From: Felis catus
Taxonomy: Eukaryota
NCBI RefSeq assembly: GCF_018350175.1
Contig: NC_058368.1
Span: 6,138,001-6,202,000 of the forward strand
Reading direction: 5' to 3'
Length of the DNA: 64,000 nucleotides
Shown here: piece by piece, positions 1-12,980 of the stretch
Position numbering within the stretch: the first letter of the stretch is position 1
Layout of the letters: each line of letters begins with the position of its first letter
Position numbers and translations under genes: made by a program
The notes under the pieces: generated by a model
What the model was told of the DNA's origin: nothing
Database searches by the model: none
What the model saw: only the letters and a program-made list of their open reading frames with translations

Positions 1-390
1 TGTTTGTTTGTTTTTTACTAAGACTTGTCTAGTTTTAGGTCTTACATTGAGGTCATGGATCTATTTTGAGTTAAGTTTTGTATATGGTATTAGGTAATGG
101 TGCAGCTTCATTCTTTTGCATGTGGATATCCACTTTTCAAATACTTGTTGAAAAGATGTCTTTTCCTCCATTGACTGGCCCAAGCACCTTTATCAGGAAT
201 CATTTGACCATATATGCAAGCGTTTATTTCTAGACTCTATTCTTTTGGTCTGTATGGTATATGTCTGTCCTTTTGTCATTACCAGAGTGTTTTGATTACT
301 GTAGCTTTGTAGTAAGTGAAATCAGGGGTGTGAGTTCTCTCTAGCCTTATTCTTGTTTTTCAAGATTGTTTAGAATAATCTGTGGTTCAT
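1..390 (-). mobile_element. Old L1 ORF2 fragment
   Basis: Antisense L1 ORF2-like text (ttcattcttttgcatgtggatatcc...tttgattactgtagctttgtagtaag). Confidence 0.75.
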
Positions 391-1531
391 AAAGATTAAA
401 CTCTGATTGCATTTGCTACTATCTTTTACTTTTCTAATAGATTGGGATACCTTAGACATATGGCTCTAGGTTACAAAGTTTTCTGGGTAACTGGTTCACT
501 TTTTATTCATCAAACATTTGTTTTAATCACTGTGGATGAAAATCATCCTAAAATGTAGTATACAATTTATATGTATGCATGTATTGGTTTCTGTACTAAA
601 CAGTTGTGTTTTCAGAGTTCATCTGCCCATATTGTTTTCCTTTACTCTTCCCTCGTCAGTTGTCAGTTAAAGATGCAACTTAATGCTTTTTAAATTATGG
701 GAGTAATGGAGTATCAGTTGTAGAACTTACAGTGCAAATACATTCTAAGAAGAAAATAAAATTCACCTTACTTTGGCCACCCAGACATTTTTCTAGTCAT
801 GTTTTTTAAAGGTCAGATCATATTGTGCCTATTGTTTTTAAACCTGCTTCATTCCCTCAACAATAAATTATGTATATTCCATGTTACTTACCATCTTTCT
901 GTTAAGTTTTTAATGTGTATTTATTGTATTGTGTGGTGGTGTCTTATATATATTTATTTTTACATTCAAGTATCTTTTGCAGTTAAAATTTTGTTGCTAC
1001 ATCTTTGTAGACATCCATGATTTTATCTGTAGGAAACATTTCCAGAAGTGGCTTTATTGAATCAGGTTTTTGATATATAAGGCCAGATTTTCTCCAAGAA
1101 AGTTGAACTTATTTGTAATCTCATTCATAATGAACAGGAGTAATGTTTGCCACTTTCTTGATCATTATCTCTATTATATAATTTTAAAAATAATTTTCTT
1201 TTAATCTTTGCAAATTTGATAGGAAACCTATGGAATCATGGTTTTACTTCTATTTGTTTCATTCATATTTAAATTTATAGTTTCTTATTTATTCCTTATT
1301 TAATTTCTTTTGTGAATTGCCCATATTTTGCCTGTTTTCCTATCATTTTCTTCTTTAAATTTTTTTTTAAAGTGCCTTGTTTGTTGGGATATCAACTCTT
1401 TTTTTCATATTGTAAGTATTTCTAATTTTTCATTTGTCAATTTTTACACTTAGGAAATATTAATGTGTAATAAAATCTCATTGTCTTACTGCCTCTGACT
1501 TTATTATATACATTTTTTCTTACATTTTCTT

Positions 1532-1757
1532 TTTTTTTAAAATTTTTTTTTTTTTTTACATTTATTCATTTTTGAGACAGAGAGAGACAGAGCATGAATG
1601 GGGGAGGGTCAGAGAGAGGGAGACACAGAATCTGAAACAGGCTCCAGGCCCTGAGCTGTCAGCACAGAGCCCGACGCGGGGCTTGAACTCACAGACCACG
1701 AGATCACGACCTGAGCCGAAGTCGGCCGCCCAACCGACTGAGCCACCCAGGTGCCCC
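1532..1757 (-). mobile_element. CanSINE (SINEC_Fc type)
   Basis: Full antisense SINE with (GA)n and T-tail. TSD tcttacattttctt at 1518-1531 and 1758-1771. Confidence 0.95.
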
Positions 1758-2739
1758 TCTTACATTTTCTTCTAGCGTTTTTATGGGTTAAAAAAGTTTT
1801 TGTAGTTAAATTTTATTTGATCAAAATGTATTTGTCAGAGCAATGTTATACAGGATTATAACTGTAGTTTTTGTAGTCCTTTTAGTACTGTTGAATAATT
1901 CTTTCACGGTATATTTGAAATGCTACCTTTATCACTACCCTGAGTTCGCATATACACTTGTGTTTCTTTCTGGACTTTCTCCGCCAGCCCATCGATCTGT
2001 CTATTCTTGTGTTATTCCCCTATTGTTTTAAGTCATAGACTATAATAACTGGTGAGGTACCCTTTCATAACTTTTCTTTAAAAAAAATTTAGTTTTTTTG
2101 TCCATTTATTCTAAGTAAACTTTAAAAGCAACAATTCAAGTTCTAAAAAAATATTTTTTGACGTGGATTTAAGTTGTGTTTAATGTGTTAATTACTGTTT
2201 ATATTCAGCAGCGTGGTTATGTTTTTATTTGTTCAAATTTTATCTTATGAATCTTGATAAAGCCTTGCAGTTTCATTCATATAGATCCTACATATTGTTT
2301 ATTACTAGGTACTTTATTTGTTTTAGTAGTCTTATGTGTAGTTTTGTGTGTCATTTGATCTCATGCAATTATTTGTGACATACTTATACTAACAATGATT
2401 TGTTAACTATTTGTTATGGAATTTTAAAAACATGCCCAAAGTAAAGATAGTTCAGTGAATCCCCATTAACCTACCATGGTGGCCAAATAGCCATAAACTT
2501 TCTGTTCCTGTGTAGTTAAAAATTTTTAATGGATTTGTGACTCTTTCCTATTATGTTTTTAGTTTTATTATTAATCTCTTTCTAGTGCTTCAATGTTAGA
2601 AAATCTAAAGTAACCAGCATTGGCTGGGGGTGGAATATTTTTGCTTTACTTTTGATTTTAAATGGTAATGTTTCTAGTTTTTTTCTGTTAGGTAAGACCT
2701 CTTAGTAATTTTTATTTTCATAACATTATTAGATATGAG

Positions 2740-2900
2740 ACTGACATCTTACATGCAATATACTAGCTTTATGAGCTTGGGCAATTCATTTAATCTGAGC
2801 ACTTTAGATTTCTCATCTGTAAAATGAATTCATCTCACAGAGGTCTTTTGTATAACATGGTACGATAAAGCATGTAAACAAAGTTTTCAAGCTCTTGTAA
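2740..2900 (+). mobile_element. MIR fragment
   Basis: MIR core ttgggcaattcatttaatct...tttctcatctgtaaaatg. Confidence 0.65.
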
Positions 2901-4186
2901 GGCCATCTAAGTTTTGTGTACTTTAATATATTTATTAATCTTGCTTTGTTCAGTTATTCATGATTCCCTATTTCTCCAGTGCCCAATTAATGCTAATTCA
3001 CGTCTGTCAAGAAGAATTTGAGATGTTTATTAGTAGATGATTTTCCTAAGTATGTTTTGTTTTCAGATAATAACCTATAGTGCTTCTGCTATAATGTCAT
3101 GGTTGTGTTCCTGAGAAATGTTTTATGACGAAAAATCCCTTAAAGAAATAGCTGTTTCATTGGGAGAGGGGATTACAGGGTTTCTGCTGACTTGCTATGT
3201 ATGATATATGTATTTTTATAAGCATAACCTGAAAGTACTGTATCTATTGACAAGTTAACAGAAACAAATCATATGTTTACTCCTTTACCATTTAGTCTAC
3301 TCAGAAGATTCTTAGACATCCCTATCACCTTGTCCTTGACCATGCACTCTTTTGTTTATCACTGGCAGTGGTAAACAAAAGAAAAAACAATGCTTGGGTA
3401 AACAGAACAATTCTATTCCAGAAGAACCCCAGACACTCAAACAGTGCATCTATCTATGTGTGCATCTATCTATTGTTTGGATGCAACTATTATTTTTCCT
3501 ACTGATTCCATTTTGCATTGTAATAACAGTGCCTTCACATACTGATTCTTTTCCCCTAATTGGTGAGGTTATAATTACATTATGTTATAAAAAAACTCAT
3601 GCTATAAGAGACTTGCCTGTATTTGCTAGTATAGAGCAAATAATAAGTACTGTAAATACTTGTTGATTGCAAATGGCCAGATGACCCTTTTCATATATTG
3701 AAACACACTGTTGTTGCTCTGGCTCAGTGCAGGTGTTCAAGCTTGGCTCAGTAAACTATGCATTTTGAATAGGATCTGGTTGTATAAATATGTTTGTTCT
3801 TGTTATAAGCATTTGAATGGGTTCCAGAAAGTTGTAGGGGGAGAGTATCTCTAGAAAACACATATTGCGGGCATGTGCGGGCAACACATATTGTTGGGCA
3901 AAGGAAGCAGGTATTCACTGTTATCACTTAGACCACGTATTAAAAACAAAGTAGAAAATGTAATTCTACTATTGTACAAAATTGTAGTACCTTTTTACTT
4001 TTGACAAGTGTTGTCATTTTGTAGGAAGATAACTAGAACAGGTTTGGAGAAAGGCAAGTAAAATTATTGGGAGAAGGGTGTTAATAATATATAAACTAAA
4101 AGGGTTTGGGTCTTTCAGGTTGGAAATTAAAGGGGTGGATTTGAAGTTTAGAAAACTGTGACTATACAGGTAAGTTGAATATGAAT

Positions 4187-4370
4187 TTCTTTTTTTTTTG
4201 TTTATTTATCTTGAGAGGGGGTGGGAAGGGACAGAGACTGAGAATCCCATGCAGGCTTCACGCTGTCAGCGCAGAGTCCGATGCAGGGCTTGATCCCAGG
4301 ACCCTGGGATCATGACCTGAGCTAAAATTAAAAGTCGAACACTTAACCAACTGAGCCACCCAGGCAATCC
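4187..4370 (-). mobile_element. CanSINE
   Basis: Antisense SINE ending ctgagccacccaggc, with imperfect TSD tgaatat(g/a)aa. Confidence 0.9.
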
Positions 4371-4760
4371 TGAATATAAACTTGTTTCTAAATCTTAGGC
4401 TTATGAGCTGTTTTTGTTTCCCAATCTTGAAGTAGGACAGTTGGGTAGAAGCTCTATAATAGTTTATTTTGTTGCTGAAAACATAATTTCTAGAAAAGTT
4501 TAGGTATATTCATGAATGTTAGATCCACAATTAGTTACTAAATGGAACTTGAGGTTTTATCCTCTGTCTTCTGATGGTTAAACAAGGGGTATAAGCATAG
4601 CTTCCCATATGGGTACTACTTTAAATCTAGAAGACTAACAGAACTTCTTTGGGACCCAAGATGTGGAACTATGACTATGTCTGAAACTAAAGATGCACTT
4701 TGGCACTTTAACATGAGCAATTTTTTAACAGACCAAGTTGTCCAAGCATGAGACAATTTT

Positions 4761-5004
4761 CCCTTCCTCCCTTTCGTTTTGTTTCCTTCCTTCCTACCTT
4801 CCTACCTTCCTACCTTCCTTCCTGTCCAGAGAGCATGCAGAGAGCATGTGAGCTCGGGAGAGGGACGGAGGGAGAGAGAGAACCTCAAGCAGCCTCCATG
4901 CCCAGTGTCGAACCCAACGCAGGGCTCAATCTCACAACTGTGAGTTCATGACTTGAGCCGAAATCAAGGTTGGATGCTTAAGAACTGTGCCTCCCAGTTG
5001 CCCC
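4761..5004 (-). mobile_element. Diverged CanSINE with (CCTT/CCTA)n tail microsatellite
   Basis: SINE body 4826-5004. The tail is replaced by cttc/ctac repeats. Confidence 0.8.
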
Positions 5005-5639
5005 AGAGAATTCTTTCTTTATACACATGGTTTCGGCATATCCTAAATGACAAATTGATGGAGTTGTGAAGGAAACTCAAGTATTGGGTGGATGTTTGGA
5101 CTAGATGACTTGTATGATCCTACCAGCTCTGAGATTTTATATGAGGATCCGTTATCAGAGAACTTTGGACCAATGGGCTAGATCTAGAAAAAGTATAGTA
5201 AGTTATGATGAAACCTGGAGATGGTTGGTTTGCCTTTCAAAGTTGATGAGCAACACACTTACATTTTTTGAACAGTTCTTTAAAATTTTTTAAACTAACG
5301 AAATGGGCACAGAAAGAAGTATAAACAGTATACATAATACATAGAAGAGCATGAACTGGAAAGTAACAGTGCTCCATTCCTCCAACCACCCTATTTCCTT
5401 CTCCGCCTAGTGGTGAGGGAAAGGGAGGGTCGAGAATTATTCTGAGGTTTCTGGCTTGAATAACAGAGTTGGTGACGGTGCCATTAATGGAGAGATGGAA
5501 AAACAGGAAGCTGTGTGGGACAGTCTTATTGAATTGTCTTACAGTGTTTGTCTTATTTAATTATTTAGGTCTCAAATTCTGTTTGCCTTCTAGTGACATC
5601 TTCAAAGATGTCAAATCATTTCAAAAGGAATAGGAGTAG

Positions 5640-6090
5640 ACATGAAGAGGTTTTTACTGGACAAATTTGGGGCAATTTGAACATCAAAAAGAATAATAGA
5701 TTATAATATGTCAAGTGAAGAATCCATGAATCCCTATTGACAGTAAAAAAGTTCGGAAGAGGGAGTTCTTTATAGAAGAATGCCATTTAATAAATGTAGA
5801 AGGAATGATAGAATCAGAAAAAAGCATTTTGAGACTCCCAGTATAATAATTGATTCAGGCAAGAGTCATCTATGGATACTAAAGTCGTATGGTGAAAGTT
5901 TGTTGGGATATAGAATATTCCTTTCATCTCCAAGTATCACCTCATGAATAATTTTCTATTTGCAGAGAAGAAGATATACCTTTACATATGGAGAGTTCTG
6001 GCAGTCACCAGCTTAACAAAATGATCAATCTTAGCATCACAGACAGTGGGAGAGCCCATCATTATCTGATGTGATGCAATTAGAAAATTT
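5640..6090 (+). mobile_element. Old L1 3' UTR fragment (L1MC-like)
   Basis: ggacaaatttggggcaatttgaacatcaaaaagaataat...accagcttaacaaaatgatcaatcttagcatcac resembles the L1MC 3' region. Confidence 0.6.
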
Positions 6091-6469
6091 TAACAGTGCT
6101 GTTAATGTGGTATACTCTGAATGTTATATGAGCAAAGAGAAGGGTCATATAACCTGTAGTACGGAAAGACTATGATAAGGATTAAAGACTCTATGATAAA
6201 TATTAAAAGCGCAGTTGGAATGTGAATGCTGAATACAATATATGCACTCTATATAAAACTTCTCTCCCAGGTCCCTATGAGATTTCTTGAAGGTTACTTT
6301 AAATCTACCCCTTTTTTGCTTTCCTTTAACTGATTAGTTAGCATTCACGCGAGTTGATATCTCATTGTATTGAGATATATGAACTAGGATATATTTATAT
6401 TCATTCAAAATAATTGGTATTGTTTAGGTTTTAAAAGAAAATAATTGGTTTCTTTTTTTTCTTTGTGAG

Positions 6470-6770
6470 AATTTTTTATTTTTTAATATTTTATTTATTT
6501 TTTTCTTTAAGTTTTTATTTCAATTCCAGTTAGTTAGCTTACAGTGTTGTTTTAGTTTCAGGTGTACAATATAGTGCTTCACCACATCCATACATCACCC
6601 AGGGCTCATCACTACAAGTGTACTCCTTAATCTGTCACCCATTTAGCCCATCCCTCTACCCACCTCCCCTCCAGTAACCCTCAGTTTGTTCTCTGTAGTT
6701 AAGAGTGTTTCCTGGTTTGCCTGTTTCTTGGTTTGCCTCTCTGTCTCTCTCTCTCTGTCTCTGTCTCTCT
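6470..6770 (-). mobile_element. Carnivore L1 3' end
   Basis: T-tail followed by ttccagttagttagc...ttagtttcaggtgtacaatatagtg...cacctcccctccagtaaccctcagtttgttctct. Confidence 0.85.
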
Positions 6771-6868
6771 CTCATATCAAATGTAATATGTGTTTGTTGA
6801 GATTCTGGAAAATAAAAAAATCATATATAAAATGTTTAACTGAACACATATATAGAAAGACAAACATA

Positions 6869-7071
6869 GGGGCACCTGGGTAGCTCAGTCAGTTAGCATC
6901 TGACTCTTGATTTCAGCTCGGGTCACGGTCTCTCAGTTGGTAGGTTCGAGCCCTGCGTTGGGCTCTGCACTGACAGTGTGGAGTCTGCTTTGGATTCTCT
7001 CTCTTCCTCTCTCTCTGCTCCTTCTCCTGCTCGCTCTCCCACACCCCTCAAAATAAATAAACATTTAAAAA
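6869..7071 (+). mobile_element. CanSINE
   Basis: ggggcacctgggtagctcagtc head, (CT)n, aaataaataa, TSD aaagacaaaca. Confidence 0.93.
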
Positions 7072-7549
7072 AAGACAAACAAATTCAGACTGGAACTGAA
7101 CAGGCCAAGGTATTCTTTCTGAGTGGTAGATAAATGACTTATTAACATTTCAAAATGTCTGGAGTGAAGCTGTATTATTTCCTATTTAGTCATGAGGATA
7201 TAAAGTAATTTATTTAGCAGACTTAGTTTAGAACATTTAAGTTGTCATATAGTCTAATCTTAAGCTTTATAAGAGTATTCCTTGGACAAGATTTTATGTT
7301 TATTTTAATGCAAATTATAAATCACTGATTTTTTGGCAGAAATATTATTAGACAACTAAGTACACCATTGTCAGTTTTTGGTTTTGTTTTGTTAGTGGTA
7401 TATCAGTGGCTTAATAAAGATGTTTATTTCTCTTTTTTTACTGAGCTGGTCAAGAGTTGAGCGAAGATAGAGTGGATTTTCCTGGAGTTTTCTAGAGACC
7501 CAGGTGCCTTCTTTCTTGTTACATCATTCTCTACTCTTGGGCCTTGGAA

Positions 7550-7695
7550 CTCTAAGTATGATTCCCGGAAACAGCAGCAACATATGGGAGCTTGTTAAAA
7601 ATGCAGAATCTCAGGCCCAGCCCAGACCTACTGAGTCAGAATCTCCATTTTAACAAGATTCCTAGGTGATTCGTGTACATACTAAGAACTGCTCT
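7550..7695. mobile_element. MER5A (hAT-Charlie MITE)
   Basis: gggagcttgttaaaaatgcagaatctcaggcccagcccagacctactgagtcagaatctccattttaacaagattcc. Confidence 0.85.
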
Positions 7696-7715
7696 GTGGT
7701 TTATCTATATGCTCA

Positions 7716-7744
7716 GTGCTTGCTTCAGCAGCACGTGTGCTGTC
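7716..7744 (+). pseudogene. 3'-truncated U6 snRNA retrocopy (5' stem-loop only)
   Basis: gtgcttgcttcagcagcac matches U6 nt 1-19 (GTGCTCGCTTCGGCAGCAC) with only two CpG-type transitions. Flanked by a perfect 16-bp direct repeat tttatctatatgctca (7700-7715, 7745-7760). Confidence 0.8.
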
Positions 7745-8486
7745 TTTATCTATATGCTCAAAGATGGCTTATTACCCTGTCTTACTCCGTCCTTGAGAAG
7801 GAAGAAAGAGGAAGTGGAGGGCATGCAGATTTGTTTTAAGGGCATGAACTGGAAGCTGCCCATATTACTTTTGCTCATATGTCAGTGGCCACGAGGTTGT
7901 CATGTAGCCACACCTATTAGTAGGTACAAGGGAAGCAGGAAAATCTAGTATATTTAGTTAGGTAGATATGTGCTCAGCTATGCTTGGTGGGGCTCTGATA
8001 ATAAAAGGAAGAAAATTATGGATATGGAAAGAAACTAACAGTGATACGTTGTCTGGATATGGAATTCTAGGTTGGAAATTAAAAACACACACACCAGAAT
8101 TTTGAATATATTGTTATCTTCTAACTTCAGTGTTGTTGAATGCCATTCAGTGTTGTCCAATGCCATTCAGACTCTTGATCCCTGTGTATAACTTCTTTTT
8201 ATTTTTGAAAGCTTTTAAGATCTTTTTAAACTTCTGTTTCTTTAACTTTTATGATTATATACATTTCTGGGTCTTTTATGCTGAGAGTATAGAGATGTGG
8301 GAAGGGAGCTTTCAGTTAGCAAACACATCTTTCAGTTGTATAAAATGTTAACTATTTGATAATTTCTCTTTACATTTACTTTGTTCTCTTTTTTTGGATT
8401 TTGATTTTTCAACTTTATCGTTCAGCCTTTCCAGTTAATTTTTTATTCTGCTTTCATATTTATTTCTGTCATCTGAATATTTTTAT

Positions 8487-8726
8487 TTTGTTTTATTTTT
8501 TTATTTTTCAAAAAATTTTTTAAATGTTTATTTTTGAGAGAGAGAGAGAGCATGTATGCAAGTGTGTGGGGAGAGGCAGAGAGAGAGGGAGACACAGAAT
8601 CCAAAGCAGGCTCCAGGCTCCAAGCTGTCAGCACAGAGCCCAACGTGGGGCTCAAACTCATGAACCGTGAGATCATGACCTGAGCCAAAGTCAGAAGCTC
8701 AGCAGACTGAGCCACCCAGGCGCCCC
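8487..8726 (-). mobile_element. CanSINE
   Basis: Antisense SINE with TSD tgtcatctgaatatttttat. Confidence 0.95.
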
Positions 8727-9057
8727 TGTCATCTGAATATTTTTATATAAACTTGTTTATGTTTTATGGATACAATAGCTAATGTCTTTGTGATAGTATA
8801 GATGTTTTAATTTCTCTTCTCGTTGGTGCTTTGTCTTTGTTTCTTCCGAGCTATTTTGGTCTCTCCTTATTAGAGGCTTTCCTTAAGTATGGTGATTCTC
8901 AGCAGCCAATTCATACTTAAGCATAAAGCAGTAAAACATTCGCCTGTAGAAGCAGATGCTTGCTTATGAAAAGATCAGGTAGGGAATAGGCCATTTTTTT
9001 ACGGACCCCCTAGATTTCTGTATCAGTACAACTTTTCTCATGGGCTTCCCCAAAAGA

Positions 9058-9473
9058 TGACCAAAATATCTTATTAATAAAGCAAAGCCTAGTTTACTGC
9101 TATAGTAAGGGAGTCTTCTGTCTTTACGGAATTTTAGTAGTGTCTCAGAAACAGGAAGGGTATTTATGAGGATGTTGGGGTCTGCTTTAATATAGATCTT
9201 TCACTGCAAAAGCCTAAATGGGATAAGGCAAAGATAATGGCCCTAAGTAAGAGTTTCTGATCAAGTCTTTGATAAGCTTAGTTGGGTGACTTATTGTCCT
9301 GGGAAGGGGATTTATTTTTTGGATAAGTGTATCTTGGGGACCTGAAACAAACAAGGTTATTTATAACTTATTTTCCTGGGTAAGAGTTCCTGGATTAGTA
9401 AAGCTGTATTAAGTCAAATAGTAAAGCCATGTTAATGTAGACAGTGTGTGGTTTTAGGTGGCTTTGGTTCTCA
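9058..9473 (-). mobile_element. 3' LTR of ERV1-like provirus A
   Basis: On the minus strand a polypurine tract (aatgggaagggga) precedes TGAGAACC at 9473. It lies directly downstream of env-like sequence. The left boundary is approximate. Confidence 0.6.
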
Positions 9474-10520
9474 GATCCCCTTCCCATTAATGTCTGGAAA
9501 TATGATCAGTCCAGATCTTTATCACTCTATGAGGTGTTATGATGAAATAAACTGGGGATGGGGGTGTGAAAGAGGAAGATGGTCACTTTAGTCTTTGCAA
9601 GAATCAGAGTTTCCTCTCCTCCTGTTACATGGTCATTTTGGGGTCATTTGACTGGACAGTGGCTATGCAGCAACATTTAATACTCTGGAGGTCACGCCTA
9701 GGCACTGCAACACAAATTCTAAGAAAAGGATTATATCGGAGTCTGCAGTCTGCAGGGGCCACGAGTGCCAAAATTAAGGCAAGAAATTAAGCCAAAATTA
9801 AACCACTTCATCCAAAAGAGCCCACTAAATCAGATGTGTGGTTATTGACAAAATTATCAAATTTATGATTATTTCCTTTGCTTTTCCAGTCTCTGTAATA
9901 ACAGTAAAGATCCCAGAGAGGACTGAAGGGACTAAAATGTTGTAAGCATGCCATTTATCCCAAGACAAACCAGTATTATATCTAAAGTAGCTTTTTTCAA
10001 AACTACCACCTACCTTGTTTTACAAGCCTCTGGGACAAAGAGTTCTTTGGTCTTGTTTGCATTGTTTCATTCTTTTGCTCTGAACCTTAGTACGTAGAAT
10101 TCCCCATTACTTAATAGGCATCTTCTAAAGCTGGAAGTGAAAAAGCTTGATGTGAGGGAAGTAATTTGGAATCCCTTTGAATGATTAGAGAATGAATGAT
10201 TAGATTCTCAAATGGTTTCCAAGAGGGGAAGCTGATGGGCCAAAATGGGCTTTGGGTGAGATCCCTGAAGAGAGGCATCAGTTTACCAAGGTCACAAATC
10301 CTTGGCATTGGTGACTGGTTGGCAAGTGGTAACCCATAGACTTTTATGCTATAGATTCAGTATTAGTCTTTAGGAAACACCTGATGATCTGTGTTACCCC
10401 CATCAGAGTTGTTTTAGAGTACTGTAACATTTTGATGTCACTTAACAAGAGTGATCTATTACCAGGTAATGAAATTTGTAGTGTCAATATCATCAGGTAG
10501 CTCTAAAGTGGAGGAATTTG

Positions 10521-11153
10521 TAGGAATGCAAGCTGGTGCAGCCACTCTGGAAAACAGTATGGAGGTGCCTCAAAAAAACTAAAAATAGAACTACCCTAGG
10601 ACCCAGCAATTGCACTACTAGGTATCTATCCAAGGGATACAGGTGTGCTGTTTTGAAGGGACACATGCACCCCCGTGTTTATAGCAGCACTATTGACAAT
10701 AGCCAAAATATGGAAAGAGCCCAGATGTCCATTGATGGATGAATGGATAAAGAAGATGTGGTTTATGTATACAATGGAATACTACTTGGCAATGAGAAAG
10801 AATGAAATCCTGCCATTGGCAGCAATGTGGATGGAACTGGAAGGTATTAGGCTAAGTGAAATTAGTCAGAGAAAGACGAATATCATGTGACTTCACTCAT
10901 ATGAGGACTTTTAAGAGACAAAACAGATGAACATAAGTGAAGGGAAACAAAAATAATATAAAAACAGGGTGGGGGACAAAGCATAAGAGACTCATAAATA
11001 TGGAGAACAAACAGAGGGTTACTGGAGGGAGTGGGGGGAGGGGGAGGGGCTAAATGGGTAAGGGGCACTAAGGAATCTACTCCTGAAATCATTGTTGCAC
11101 TCTATGCTAACTTATTTGGATGTAAATTAAAGAAATAAAATTAATAAAAAAAA
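10521..11153 (+). mobile_element. 5'-truncated felid L1 (ORF2 C-terminus + 3' UTR + A-tail) inserted in ERV env
   Basis: Encodes MFIAALLTIAKIWKEPRCP...WIKKMW. TSD taaagtggaggaa(t/c)ttg at 10504-10520 and 11154-11170. Confidence 0.95.
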
Positions 11154-11458
11154 TAAAGTGGAGGAACTTGGGGTTGAATTTAAGCAGACTGTCTTCACTG
11201 TGAGGTCTTCTTTTTCCAAGATCTGTTTCTGGGAAAGTTAAGTTACAGAAGCTAGCTCCCATGAAAGATCCCTGAATATGGTTTTGGTAGAGATAGGAAC
11301 CTCCTATCCTGTGTACAGTAGGATAGATGGCCTGCTGTGGGACCGGCCATTTAAAAGGTTACTTAGCAGTTGAGTCTAGGTACTCTTGCCCAGAACACCA
11401 GTTGATTCATTACAAGAAACTGGTACCAAGGGAAGCTGTATAAACTGTGTATAGTCGA

Positions 11459-11819
11459 TGCTATAGACTGAATGTTTGTGTCCTCCCTAAATGTATACGT
11501 TAAAACCCAGTCCCAAATGCCTTCACATTTAGAAGTGGGTCCTTTGAAAGATGCTTAGGTTATGGGGGCAAGACCTCACGAATGGGATTAGTGCCCTCCT
11601 GAAAGAGACCCTAGAGAGCTCAGTCATCTCTTCTGCCATGTGAGGACACAGCTGGAAGATAGCTGTTTATGGGAGGCAGGCCCCCAGCAGACACTGAATC
11701 TGCCAGCACCTTGATCTTGGGCTTCCTAGCTTCCAGTACTGTGAGAAATAAATGTCTGTTGTTTATAAGCCACCTAGACTATGGTATTTTTGTTATAGCA
11801 ACCGGAATTGACTAAGGTG
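11459..11819 (+). mobile_element. MLT1A0-like solo LTR (MaLR) nested in provirus A
   Basis: tgctatagactgaatgtttgtgtcc...gccatgtgaggacacagc...gtgagaaataaatg...tttgttatagca...gactaag. Confidence 0.88.
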
Positions 11820-12177
11820 GTCTGTTTGATTGTATGCCTTAGTCAAATCATGAGTCAGTTTTAGCCAGGTTTTGGGCTCATAAGAGGGATTGACTATGGA
11901 AAAGCCAATTTTAAGAATAGGGTCCTTATGGGTAACATAGTTAAAAGTAACCTTAACAGCAAAAGAAGAAAAAAGATAACTAGGAAAATAAAGAGCAGAG
12001 TAATAGAGATTAGAGCATGACAGTCACTAGTCTTATTCTGTGGATCTTGGTGTAAAGGTCTTTAGTTGAAGCTCTCTCCTTCCAAAGACCCTTTGCTGCT
12101 AGAAGACTCATAAGAATCCTCAGTTCAAGTTCTCTGGGTGCAACAGTCTTGCAGCAATTCAGCACCGACATAGGCCT

Positions 12178-12398
12178 TAAAAAAAAATTTTTTTTTAATG
12201 TTTATTTATTTTTCGAGAGACAGAGATAGAGCGTGAGCAGGGGAGGGTCAGAGAGAGAGGGAGACACAGAATCCAAAGCAGGCTCCAGGCTCTGAGCTGT
12301 CAGCACAGAGCCTGACGTGGGGCTTGAACCCACGAACTGTGAGATCACGACCTGAGCCAAAGTCAGACACTTCACCGACTGTCACATCCAGGCGCCCC
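12178..12398 (-). mobile_element. CanSINE without TSD, in ERV integrase C-terminus
   Basis: Complete antisense SINE. The flanks (cataggcc / gctgcttg) are not duplicated. Confidence 0.92.
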
Positions 12399-12980
12399 GC
12401 TGCTTGTACCTATTAATGTTAAGACTGGGTATATCGCATGAATCCCTGGCAGACAGTATTTGGCTATGTCTGCTTGCAGTAGTGTAGGGCTAGTATCAGA
12501 GTTGACATTCTTAAATGTATGGGCTGGTGTGTAATAACTCATAATTGGGGAGTGGTCAAGCTCCAGAAGGAATTGATTTCATTGTCGTTAAAACCAGTGG
12601 CAGTATCTTAGGCTGTGGAAGTTTGAGAGACTCTAAGACTTTTGCTAATACTAGTTTCAGAACCTTTCTTGAAGATTGGACAGTGACATTTCTGAGTAAG
12701 TGGAAGGGCTTTAAAAACTCTTTAATAATAGTATCAGCAAATGGGTACCTCTCATCAGAGAGAAAGTGGGAATTTCTGAGGCTGGGAACACATAGTTGAG
12801 TAAGGTTTTTGCTACTCTTTGAGATACAGATTTCCAACAAGGAAGGGCTTCTGTCTACCCCAAGAATAAGCAAACGATGATCACAACATATTCAAAACCC
12901 TTGTATGATAACCATTTGGGGGTGTTCAAAGAGACCTTGAGGTTTAGACTCTTGTCCATGCTTCACATGTACTGCTGTTG

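Larger units (their letters stand above)
7400..7985 (-). mobile_element. Old MaLR LTR (MLT1J/K-like) interrupted by MER5A and a U6 fragment
   Basis: ggcttaataaagatg...caaagatggct...cagtggccac...catgtagccacaccta...caagggaagcaggaaaatctagt motifs. Confidence 0.6.

Noticed and set aside
3857..3900. Local duplication aacacatattg..gggca
   Set aside because: A small tandem duplication with no further structure; not a CRISPR-like or regulatory array.
10675..10890. 71-aa ORF MFIAALLTIAKIWKEP...
   Set aside because: C-terminus of L1 ORF2 in a truncated element; not an independent gene.
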